A stretch of DNA of 51,458 nt from a virus: IMG/VR virus record IMGVR_UViG_3300028907_000006, positions 1 through 51,458 of that record; one strand, 5' to 3'. A program made the translations under genes and the position numbers. The notes beneath the pieces were generated by a model that worked only from the letters and a program-made list of their open reading frames with translations, was not told the DNA's origin and made no database searches. Positions 1-7,527 of this stretch are shown here, one piece after another; within the stretch, counting starts at the first letter, position 1; each line of letters begins with the position of its first letter.

Positions 1-127
1 AAAAGTAAATGGCTGGGTTGGAATGCTACTGCTAAAGTCTATGCCTTGGCGTATAGTGCTAAGTTTGTAAAAGACATAACTGATACAACCAAAAGCCAAA
101 TTCAAGGAATTTTAGACCAAGGCTATA
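1..127. repeat. Terminal direct repeat (assembly overlap / circular closure), identical to 51332..51458
   Basis: Read directly: nt 1..127 (aaaagtaaatggctgggttgg...ggctata) recur base for base at 51332..51458 and run to the window end. Confidence 0.95.
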
Positions 128-519
128 ATGAAGGCTGGGGTACAGATCAAATTGCTTCTGCGATTGAAGAATTGTATTTGACTGACATAATCCCTTACAG
201 AAGTGAGGTCATAGCTCGAACAGAAATTGTACGGGCTTCAAACTACGGCTCCCATATGGGGGCTAAGAAAACTGGTTTGAAGTTGAATAAGGAGTGGATT
301 GCTACTCCGGGGGCGAGAACTCGCCCAGCTCATGCGGCGGCTAACGGTCAAACTGTAGGGATTGATGATCCATTTATTGTTGATGGAGATAAGTTGATGT
401 ATCCAGGAGATACTTCACTTGGAGCCAAAGCCTCAAATGTAATTCAATGTCGCTGTGCTTCTGGCTATGTAAGATCGGCAGAAACGTTAAAACCAGTTGA
501 GAAGCCTAAACCAGTTTAA
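1..519 (+). CDS. Head morphogenesis / minor capsid protein (SPP1 gp7 / Mu F-like), C-terminal part; the gene wraps the contig junction (N-terminal part at 51014..51458)
   Basis: The frame is open from nt 1 (KSKWLGWNATAKVYALAYSAKF...) and matches the frame open at the window end. It lies immediately after the portal gene. The joined gene is 837 nt / 278 aa. Family assignment is from gene order and general sequence character. Confidence 0.7.
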   Translation, partial: KSKWLGWNATAKVYALAYSAKFVKDITDTTKSQIQGILDQGYNEGWGTDQIASAIEELYLTDIIPYRSEVIARTEIVRASNYGSHMGAKKTGLKLNKEWIATPGARTRPAHAAANGQTVGIDDPFIVDGDKLMYPGDTSLGAKASNVIQCRCASGYVRSAETLKPVEKPKPV

Positions 520-656
520 AAACCTAAGCCACCCAAATTCATTCAATGACGTTAAAAAATACAAAGTGTAAAGAAGTATCGGCGATTGGTTTAAGGAGGA
601 GTTTCAATGACTACAATACCTTACTCATCAGAATTGTTTGGGGGAGGTGACGCTTG

Positions 657-1679
657 GTGAATAAATTTAGAGTGCCTTTTGAATTGAAGTCTTTGGACTT
701 GGATGAAGGCACGTTCGAGGGTTATGCTTCTGTATTTGGTAATGTTGATGACGGCGGCGATGTAATTGAGCCCGGGGCTTTTACCAAAACGCTACAAGAG
801 CGTGGGGGCAGAATCAAAATCTGTTGGAACCATGATCCGTATGAGCCCATTGGTACTCCAATTTCAATGACTGAGGACAGCAAAGGGCTTTTGGTGAAAG
901 GCAAAATCTCGAAAACTCGGAGGGGCATGGATGTCCTTACTCTTATGCGTGATGGCGTCATAAACGAGCTGTCTATTGGATACAGTCTTATCAAGCATAA
1001 GATGGATGGAAGAATCAGAAAAATCACCGAGCTAAAGTTGTGGGAGTTTTCGCCTGTTACTTGGGCGATGAATCCGCAAGCTCAAATATTGGGGGTGAAA
1101 TCGGTAATGCCTTTTGGAGATTTACCTTTGGCTGATGCTGGTGTGGGTTGGGATGGTGCGGCGGCTGAGAAGAATATTCGTGCTTGGGCTGGCGGACCAA
1201 ACAAAGACGATGTTGATTGGGAGAAATATGCTAAAGGGTTCTTTTGGGTGGACCCAGAGAACTCCGACAACTTCACCGGATACAAATTACCATTCGCAGA
1301 TGTTGTTGATGGGGAGCTAAAAGCAATTCCCGCAGGAATCTTTGCTGTTGCTGGCGCAGTACAAGGTTCTCGTGGAGGGGTTGATATAGATGATTCAGAG
1401 TTGGATAAGGTAAAAAGTGTTGTTGCGAAGTATTACGAGAAAATGGAAAAAACTCCTCCTTGGAGTAAGGAGGAAAAAGCTGGGCGTATGCTGTCTGGAG
1501 CTAATATCCAACTAATACGTTCAGCGGTATCTGCTCTTCAGGCACTTCTGGAAGCCGCTGAGCCAGTCACGGAACTAGAAGCCGCTGGAAAAGAAGCCGA
1601 CCAAAAGGTCACTTCTACAATCGAACAGCTTGACGCTGAGCTGAAACAATTTATTATTGAGAAAGGTAAGGTGAATTAG
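657..1679 (+). CDS. Prohead maturation protease (HK97 / S78 family) with a long C-terminal scaffold-like extension
   Basis: The N-terminal 150 aa (EGTFEGYASVFGNVDDGGDVIEPGAFTKTL, ICWNHD, ELSIGY) is typical of HK97 prohead proteases. It sits directly upstream of the major capsid gene. The GTG at 657 is 6 nt after GGAGGTGA; the TTG at 654 listed in the ORF track is too close to the RBS. Confidence 0.85.
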   Translation: MNKFRVPFELKSLDLDEGTFEGYASVFGNVDDGGDVIEPGAFTKTLQERGGRIKICWNHDPYEPIGTPISMTEDSKGLLVKGKISKTRRGMDVLTLMRDGVINELSIGYSLIKHKMDGRIRKITELKLWEFSPVTWAMNPQAQILGVKSVMPFGDLPLADAGVGWDGAAAEKNIRAWAGGPNKDDVDWEKYAKGFFWVDPENSDNFTGYKLPFADVVDGELKAIPAGIFAVAGAVQGSRGGVDIDDSELDKVKSVVAKYYEKMEKTPPWSKEEKAGRMLSGANIQLIRSAVSALQALLEAAEPVTELEAAGKEADQKVTSTIEQLDAELKQFIIEKGKVN

Positions 1680-1680
1680 G

Positions 1681-2853
1681 TTGGAAGAAACCAAAAAAGC
1701 AATCCAAGGTTTGAACGACACTTGGGTCGAATTCAAGAAGATTTTGGAGAGGCAAGATGCAGAAATCAAAATGTTCGGGGCGGCGAAAGCCGAAACCCAA
1801 GAAATCCTGTCTAAACTCAACACCCGGCTGGATGACTTTGAAGTAAAGTTGAACCGGGCGTCACACCAGATCGCTTCTGCCGTTGTGGCTGAATCCAAAA
1901 TGTATCAAGAAGCGTTCGTGAAATGGGCTCGGTATGGTTCCGTGTCGGCTGACGAACAGAAATTCCTCCGGGTTCCCGAAGAACAAAAATCGCTGAATGC
2001 TACCGTCGGCAGTGCCGGGGGCTATCTGGTTACCGACGAATTTGTGGCCGAAATCCTGAAAAATGTTGTTGAGTTTTCTCCGATTCGCTCCATCGCCAGG
2101 GTTCGTACCACTTCGCAACGTTCCGTGAAAATTCCCAGCAGAACCGGCACCTTTTCGGCGGCTTGGGTCGCAGAGCAAGGCACCCGGTCTGAGACCACCG
2201 GATTGGCGTATGGCCTGAAAGAAATTCCCACCCATGAAGTGTATGCTCTGGTTGATATCTCCAAACAGGAGTTGGAAGACAGCGCATTCAATATGGAGGC
2301 AGAACTCCAAGCGGAGTTTGGCGAGCAATTCGGCGTGGCTGAAGGCACCGCATTTGTTTCCGGCACCGGCATCGGCAAGCCCGAGGGTTTCACCGTCAAT
2401 TCGGACATTTCCTACACCGCTGGCGGTCATGCATCTCAGCTCAATTCTGGGGATGCTCTTGTATCGCTGTTCTATGCACTCAAAGGCGTGTATGCTAATA
2501 ACGGTTCGTGGGTTCTGAACCGCACAACTCTCGGAGTTGTCCGCAAACTGAAAGACGGCACCGGGGCATACATTTGGCAACCCAACTATCAAGTAGGTCA
2601 ACCACCGTCCATTCTCGGTCGGCCTTATGTGGAAGCTACCGACATGGCCGACATCGGTGCAAATGCATTCCCGATTGCCTTTGGCGATTTCCGAAAAGGC
2701 TACATCATTGTTGATCGCACCGACATCGAAGTTCAGCGTGATCCCTATACCCAAGCAACTTCTGGTAATGTTCGGTTTATTGCCCGCAAACGGCTGGGCG
2801 GCCAGCTCGTTATTCCCGAAGCTGTACGGCTGTTGAAGATCGCCACTTCCTAA
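1681..2853 (+). CDS. Major capsid protein, HK97 fold
   Basis: 390 aa with an N-terminal coiled-coil delta-like region. Motifs GGYLVTDEF, SAAWVAEQGTR and FGDFRKGYIIVDR are typical of the HK97 MCP family. It follows the protease. Confidence 0.9.
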   Translation: MEETKKAIQGLNDTWVEFKKILERQDAEIKMFGAAKAETQEILSKLNTRLDDFEVKLNRASHQIASAVVAESKMYQEAFVKWARYGSVSADEQKFLRVPEEQKSLNATVGSAGGYLVTDEFVAEILKNVVEFSPIRSIARVRTTSQRSVKIPSRTGTFSAAWVAEQGTRSETTGLAYGLKEIPTHEVYALVDISKQELEDSAFNMEAELQAEFGEQFGVAEGTAFVSGTGIGKPEGFTVNSDISYTAGGHASQLNSGDALVSLFYALKGVYANNGSWVLNRTTLGVVRKLKDGTGAYIWQPNYQVGQPPSILGRPYVEATDMADIGANAFPIAFGDFRKGYIIVDRTDIEVQRDPYTQATSGNVRFIARKRLGGQLVIPEAVRLLKIATS

Positions 2854-2882
2854 TGTAGCTTATTTGAAAGGGGGGAGATTCT

Positions 2883-3428
2883 TTGTCCTACAATAATGTT
2901 GATAACTACTTGGAACAAGGTGGCTCAACTTGGAAGATTGGCGGCCAACTCGATATTATCAGCGGTGGAGCGCAAACGGTTGAATCCGGGGGCACTCTTA
3001 CAGTTGAATCTGGTGGCGTAGCAAACATTGATTCCGGGGGCAAACTTACGGTTGACTCCGGGGGTCAAATTTTGTTCGGGGCTGGCGCCAAACTTTCTCA
3101 TGCTATTACTGCCGCATCTTCGGCTCAAACTCTGTCTCTGCCTGGGGTATACCAGATCAATGGAACTAGCACTTGGGTGGATGACGTCATAACTCTGCCG
3201 GCACCTACTACCAATGGCGAGTTCTTCGAGTTCTTCGCCAAAATTCCTACGTCAACCGCAAGTGTGGCTATTACCAGCACTGGACCCAATATTGTTAACT
3301 TCCTGGGTGGAGCTGGTGTGGTAATCAAACTTTTCGGCGGCGGCTACGCCAAACTTCAAGCTATGGGCTCCACTTGTTGGGGGGCGGTTATTACCGCATG
3401 TTCTAGCGGCTCTTATGTTGTTGCCTAG
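2883..3428 (+). CDS. Hypothetical structural protein with SGG-x-(L/V)TV(E/D)SGG repeats
   Basis: TTG start 5 nt after AAAGGGGGGAG. N-terminal repeats: IISGGAQTVESGGTLTVESGGVANIDSGGKLTVDSGGQ. It directly follows the MCP gene (decoration or fibre candidate). Confidence 0.55.
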   Translation: MSYNNVDNYLEQGGSTWKIGGQLDIISGGAQTVESGGTLTVESGGVANIDSGGKLTVDSGGQILFGAGAKLSHAITAASSAQTLSLPGVYQINGTSTWVDDVITLPAPTTNGEFFEFFAKIPTSTASVAITSTGPNIVNFLGGAGVVIKLFGGGYAKLQAMGSTCWGAVITACSSGSYVVA

Positions 3429-3472
3429 TGTAAATCAAAAACAAAATTTGTAATAGCAGGAGGGGCATAATA

Positions 3473-4294
3473 ATGACTGAAAACGTTATGGCTGAAGTGA
3501 CGACCGAGGCCAGGAAAAAGAAGGTAGCAATTGTTGGTTTTGCTGAAACATCTCGCCACATGGCTCCTTACTCGGATGAGTCTTTTGAAATTTGGGGTCT
3601 GAATGAGCTCTACATGCAGATTCCCAGGTGGACTCGCTGGTTTCAACTCCATTCAAGAGAAGTATTTGTTGATGACTTTTCAGATCGGGATAAGGAGCAT
3701 GTGGAACATCTTTCCAAGATGACGTGCCCCATCTATATGTGTCGCCATTACGAGGATATTCCCAACAGCATTCCATTTCCGCTTGAAGAGGCCATCAAAT
3801 ACTTTAGCCTGTGCCCCAAGCGTGAGGCTTGTAAGGTTGAAGGCAAAAGTTGTATGGCTTGTCGTGAAATGGATGCGTATTTCACAAACTCCATATCATA
3901 CATGATCGCTCTTGCGATTATGGAGGGGTTCGAGGAAATTCATGTGTATGGCGTCGACATGGCTCAAGATACTGAGTATGGTACGCAAAAACCCAGTTGC
4001 GAGTTCTTTATTGGCTGGGCTCGGGGTCAAGGCATTGAGGTAGTATTACCCAAAGAGGCAGATTTATGCCGCACCTTCTGCTATTACGGATATGAAAAAG
4101 AACCGCAGATCAAGCAAAAGTTCCGCTTGAAAAAAGATGAGATGGAACGGCGCATCAAGGAACATGAAGAAGAAATCAGAAAAATTGATGCGTCCATGCA
4201 AGATTTGACAAACAAAAAAGTTCTTCAACATCGGTTTATAGACCACTTGCGAGGAGGGTCACAAATTTGTGACTACTTTATTCGCAATTGGTAA
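3473..4294 (+). CDS. Hypothetical protein; candidate sialyl/nonulosonate-transferase-like enzyme (CstII/GT42- or Maf/DUF115-like architecture) with a C-terminal coiled coil
   Basis: Strong RBS (AGGAGGGG-N7-ATG). The N-terminal KKKVAIVGFAETS...EIWGLNELY and later YFTNSISYMIALAIMEGFEEIHVYGVDM parallel, from memory, CstII KKVIIAGNGPSL...DVFRCNQFY and RITSGVYMCAVAIALGYKEIYLSGIDF. The functional call is an inference. Confidence 0.45.
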   Translation: MTENVMAEVTTEARKKKVAIVGFAETSRHMAPYSDESFEIWGLNELYMQIPRWTRWFQLHSREVFVDDFSDRDKEHVEHLSKMTCPIYMCRHYEDIPNSIPFPLEEAIKYFSLCPKREACKVEGKSCMACREMDAYFTNSISYMIALAIMEGFEEIHVYGVDMAQDTEYGTQKPSCEFFIGWARGQGIEVVLPKEADLCRTFCYYGYEKEPQIKQKFRLKKDEMERRIKEHEEEIRKIDASMQDLTNKKVLQHRFIDHLRGGSQICDYFIRNW

Positions 4295-4314
4295 AAATGT
4301 AAGGAGGGAATAAA

Positions 4315-4740
4315 TTGGCTAACAAAGACTTGTTTAACAATTTGGCTGTTTACGGCCAGCTGAATGTTACCATCACTAGCACCAGTGCTCGTGTTGGCGA
4401 CATTGTGGATCGCAAAGGCTACGAATCAGTGCTGGCGATTATGTCTGCGGGGCAATCCACTGCAGGTAGTACCAGCGCAACTGTATTTACGCTTATTCAT
4501 GGAGATTCCTCCGGTCTGGGTGATGGCGCTGTAGTCACCGACGATTATCTCATCAACAACACTACAGCGGCTTCTTGGACTTGGACTTCTACCGGGAGTG
4601 ATGGTGATGTCGAGCGTGTAGGCTATCTTGGCGACAAACGGTATCTCCAAATGAGTGTGGCCTGTGCCACCACTAAAGAATCTGTGCCTGTTGGGTTCTT
4701 CATTTTCGGAAATCCCAGGAGTGCCCCGGTTTCCACCTAA
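4315..4740 (+). CDS. Small Ser/Thr/Gly-rich hypothetical head-module protein
   Basis: TTG start after AAGGAGGGA; 141 aa. S/T-rich tracts include VTITSTSARVG, SAGQSTAGSTSATV and TWTSTGSDG. Confidence 0.55.
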   Translation: MANKDLFNNLAVYGQLNVTITSTSARVGDIVDRKGYESVLAIMSAGQSTAGSTSATVFTLIHGDSSGLGDGAVVTDDYLINNTTAASWTWTSTGSDGDVERVGYLGDKRYLQMSVACATTKESVPVGFFIFGNPRSAPVST

Positions 4741-4758
4741 TAGAAGGGGGTGCCGATA

Positions 4759-5058
4759 TTGTCTGTATTTGGCGGAGCTAAAAATGGATTCAGTTCAATA
4801 GCTTCTGTATCCAGCAGTGCGGTTACTACTTTATTGGGCGAAAACTTCGACAGACTCAATCTTACATTGTATAACATAAGCACGGGTACAATTCTTGTGG
4901 GCTTTAATCTCACTCCAACTTCCTCTGTTTATAGTTATGCGTTGTCCGGTTCTTCTGCTATGTTGAAAGTTGATTCTTGGCAAGGGGCGGTATATGCTTT
5001 GGCGTCCAGCTCTGGTTGCTCGGTTACGGCTTTTGAAGTGGCTGTATCTACAGGGTAG
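4759..5058 (+). CDS. Small Ser/Thr-rich hypothetical head-module protein
   Basis: The TTG at 4759 is 6 nt after AGAAGGGGGTG; the GTG at 4750 in the ORF track overlaps the RBS. The 99 aa include SSIASVSSSAVTT and LTPTSSVYSYALSGSS. Confidence 0.5.
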   Translation: MSVFGGAKNGFSSIASVSSSAVTTLLGENFDRLNLTLYNISTGTILVGFNLTPTSSVYSYALSGSSAMLKVDSWQGAVYALASSSGCSVTAFEVAVSTG

Positions 5059-5197
5059 GTGGTTTGATGTTTTCAAAAGTCAAACGTCCAAAAGTAACAA
5101 TTGAGGCTGTTGTATATCGAGCTAACGGACAAGTTGAAGTGCTGGGGGAGTTAAAGTCAACTTCCCCAGCCAAAAAACTCTGGAGAGGAGTGAAAAA

Positions 5198-5590
5198 ATG
5201 GCTGCGGATGATGTAATGGTAACTGATTTGGGCTTACAAATTGTGGCTAAAAGGATTGCCGGTCAAGGAACTGAGCCCATTTACATTCATTGGGGAAAAG
5301 GCACAACCGCTAATGCGGCGGCAGAAACAACTTTGGGTCTATGGTCCACGGCTGAGAACAGCGTGCTTGGAACTTCCACGTACATTACCACCAATACCAC
5401 TCTTGATACGTATCAAGTGACTGGTACTATAACGGCGGCTTCCAGCCAAGCCATTACCGAAGTTGGATTGTTTGATTCGGCTTCTGGTGGTACCAATGTT
5501 CTCTTTATGCGGGGCATGTTTGATCCCATCAACGTCAATATTGGCGATTCGATTGCTTTCACCATCAAAACTGTATTCGACCAAGCATAG
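5198..5590 (+). CDS. Hypothetical protein, paralog of 18014..18451
   Basis: RBS GGAGAGGAG. The pattern (L/I)...G......I..GKGTT...A.TTLG....E...G.....T......Y..TG.I.......I.E.GLFD...GG.N.LF.R is shared with the 145-aa distal-tail ORF. Confidence 0.55.
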   Translation: MAADDVMVTDLGLQIVAKRIAGQGTEPIYIHWGKGTTANAAAETTLGLWSTAENSVLGTSTYITTNTTLDTYQVTGTITAASSQAITEVGLFDSASGGTNVLFMRGMFDPINVNIGDSIAFTIKTVFDQA

Positions 5591-5601
5591 GGGGTGCTAT
5601 T

Positions 5602-5850
5602 ATGGCACTGTCCTACACGATTCGCAAAGTTTACAAGCGAGAAAAGCACCATACAGTAGTGGTGCTTGATTTAAGCAACGGCCAAGAAACGTCCTTTGTG
5701 CTTTCTCCGGTCGATTTTGCCGCTGTTACAGCGACTTCTCAAGCTCGGGCTGTAGTCAAGGCAAAAGTAGTTGAGGCTGTACGACAAATTGCAGTGTATG
5801 AAGCTGTTGTAGATTATTTGCAAACTTTGGAAGGGTCGGTGATTACATGA
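5602..5850 (+). CDS. Hypothetical protein (82 aa)
   Basis: ATG after GGGGGTG. Its stop overlaps the next start (ATGA at 5847). Confidence 0.5.
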   Translation: MALSYTIRKVYKREKHHTVVVLDLSNGQETSFVLSPVDFAAVTATSQARAVVKAKVVEAVRQIAVYEAVVDYLQTLEGSVIT

Positions 5851-6158
5851 TAGCATACACCACCGCCCCAATTTCTGTAAATTCTGCTACAACCACCACA
5901 ATTTTATCTTGGACTGGCGATGGAGTTACGGCTTTTGCTGGATTTTTAGCCCAAGGTCAAGTTCCTGCTGTATACTCGTTGTGTGTTAGCAGCAGTGCGT
6001 TATACAAGTATCAAACTAATGGCGCAGACATGACCGCGTTTGTACTTGATAAGCCATGGATTCCAGCAAATGGTTCCTCCTTCGCGATTACTGTATACCA
6101 CGAAGCTCCAGGAGCAAAAACGTTTACAGGTACGATTTTAGGCGCAACAAGCGGATAA
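5847..6158 (+). CDS. Small Ser/Thr/Ala-rich hypothetical protein (103 aa)
   Basis: ATGA coupling to the upstream ORF. The sequence is T/S/A-rich (TTAPISVNSATTTTILSWTG). Confidence 0.5.
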   Translation: MIAYTTAPISVNSATTTTILSWTGDGVTAFAGFLAQGQVPAVYSLCVSSSALYKYQTNGADMTAFVLDKPWIPANGSSFAITVYHEAPGAKTFTGTILGATSG

Positions 6159-6166
6159 GAGGGTTG

Positions 6167-6204
6167 GCCCGCAGCTCAAAAGGTTGCGGGCTATCCATTT
6201 TATT
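6167..6204 (+). terminator. Candidate intrinsic terminator/attenuator inside the late operon
   Basis: GCCCGCA(6167-6173)...TGCGGGC(6185-6191) form a stem extendable by G-U pairs. It is followed by TATCCATTTTATT. Confidence 0.4.
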
Positions 6205-6217
6205 GGAGGTGAGAATT

Positions 6218-6625
6218 TTGCAAAATGAGTTAATAAAAGATGTTATTGTACTTCATACCACAGCTTCTGCCTTGACAGCAACTACCGTAGGTAGTGGGAT
6301 TTTGGTTCATCCGTTCCGGTCTGGAATGCTATACCTACGGCCTGAAACAGTTTCGGGAACTAGCCCGAATATGCTTTATAAAATAGAAACTTCGCCAGAT
6401 AACGCAAGCTGGTATCATTGCGCAATCTTGATCGACAAAGACACCACCGGAAACCTAACCCGCACGACTTCACCCACGACGACAAACGAATATAAGGTGA
6501 CATCTTCCGCATATTCCCATATGTGCCAAGTTGACAACATGGCCCGATATATCCGCACGAATGTTGTGATCGGTGGCTCAACTCCGAGTTTTGCGGTTGA
6601 TGCGCAGTTGGTGCTCTATGGCTAG
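6218..6625 (+). CDS. Hypothetical protein (135 aa)
   Basis: TTG at 6218 lies 7 nt after GGAGGTGAG. The longer ORF-track start at 6056 overlaps 5847..6158 and crosses the hairpin. Confidence 0.5.
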   Translation: MQNELIKDVIVLHTTASALTATTVGSGILVHPFRSGMLYLRPETVSGTSPNMLYKIETSPDNASWYHCAILIDKDTTGNLTRTTSPTTTNEYKVTSSAYSHMCQVDNMARYIRTNVVIGGSTPSFAVDAQLVLYG

Positions 6626-7511
6626 AAAAGGGGTTATATTTCCAGTAGGAGCTTCGGGAGCTTGGGATGATACCAGCACTAGTTGCGGTTGCCCTTGCGT
6701 ATTGTATCATGGAAATCATGTATATCTGTATTATAGCGGCACCACTGAGGGAACTTATTTTCGCACGGGGTTAGCTATATCCAAAGATGGAGTCAACTTT
6801 GTTAAAAAGGGGGCTGTTGTAGTTTTTGGAGCGGCGGGGCAAATAGATACAAGAGAAATTCGTGACCCATCAGTCATTTATAAAGACAACCATTTCTGGA
6901 TGTATTACCGGGCAAAAACTGACTCTGGAGGGTATAATTATGGACTAGCATTAGCTATATCCAAAGACGGAGTCAACTTTGTTAAAAAGGGAATTGTGCT
7001 ACCGCTAGGAGCTTCTGGGGCTACTGATGATGCGGCTATGGCCGTACCTTCAGTTGTGTATAACCACGGCCATGTTTGGTTGTATTATGCGGCTTCTCCA
7101 AATGGGAGCTTACATTATTGTTCTTTAGCAGTATCTAAAGATGGCGTCAATTTTGTGAAGAAGGGCGTGGCGGTCACTATTGGGTCATCATCGGAGATGG
7201 ATGCTACTACTGTTTGGGGTGGGAGGGTTTTAGTTTATAACAACTGGTTTTTGAATTGGTATCATGGAGTATATTGGAGTTCTGGGTACTATGACCGAAT
7301 ATTTTTTGCAGTGTCTAAAGACGGCATGAATTTTGTAAAGAAAGGCGTTTCAGTGCCTTTTGGAGCTTCTGGAAATTGGGATGATGGAGCAATCTATGAG
7401 GGTGGAGCCATGATTAAAGATGGATATTTCTGGTTGTATAGGTCGAGCAACGATCAAATTACATCCAAAATTGGTTTAGATTGTTACCCAGTCCAACAAT
7501 ATTTCCAATAA
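6618..7511 (+). CDS. Beta-propeller protein with four near-identical ~60-aa blades (GH32/43/130 / DUF377-like S-x-D-G-x-x-F motif)
   Basis: The ATG at 6618 overlaps the upstream stop (ATGGCTAG). (A/V)(I/V)SKDG(V/M)NFVKKG occurs four times, each preceded by GASG.WDD...P.V.Y....W.YY. Confidence 0.65.
   Translation: MARKGVIFPVGASGAWDDTSTSCGCPCVLYHGNHVYLYYSGTTEGTYFRTGLAISKDGVNFVKKGAVVVFGAAGQIDTREIRDPSVIYKDNHFWMYYRAKTDSGGYNYGLALAISKDGVNFVKKGIVLPLGASGATDDAAMAVPSVVYNHGHVWLYYAASPNGSLHYCSLAVSKDGVNFVKKGVAVTIGSSSEMDATTVWGGRVLVYNNWFLNWYHGVYWSSGYYDRIFFAVSKDGMNFVKKGVSVPFGASGNWDDGAIYEGGAMIKDGYFWLYRSSNDQITSKIGLDCYPVQQYFQ
6771..7350 (+). repeat. Intragenic tandem repeat: ~38-40-nt conserved core (ttagctatatccaaagatggagtcaactttgttaaaaaggg) recurring at 180/174/180-nt spacing
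   Basis: The cores start at 6771 and 6951 with one mismatch between them. More diverged copies lie around 7125 and 7305. Confidence 0.8.
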
Positions 7512-7527
7512 AAGGCGGTGATGGGTA

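Noticed and set aside
1861-2754. 297-aa minus-strand ORF inside the major capsid gene, with several other antisense ORFs at 722..1027, 2022..2408 and 2030..2287
   Set aside because: It is fully antisense to a confidently identified HK97 capsid/protease gene. It has no RBS and a low-complexity, biased composition. These are typical shadow ORFs.
5067-5216. 49-aa basic ORF (MFSKVKRPKVTIEAVVYRANGQVEVLGELKSTSPAKKLWRGVKKWLRMM) in the 140-nt gap before 5198
   Set aside because: It is not rejected outright, but it is too weak to list as a feature. The RBS is only moderate (GGTAGGTGG), it overlaps the next gene's RBS and start by 19 nt, and I recognise no family. It needs conservation or ribosome-profiling evidence.
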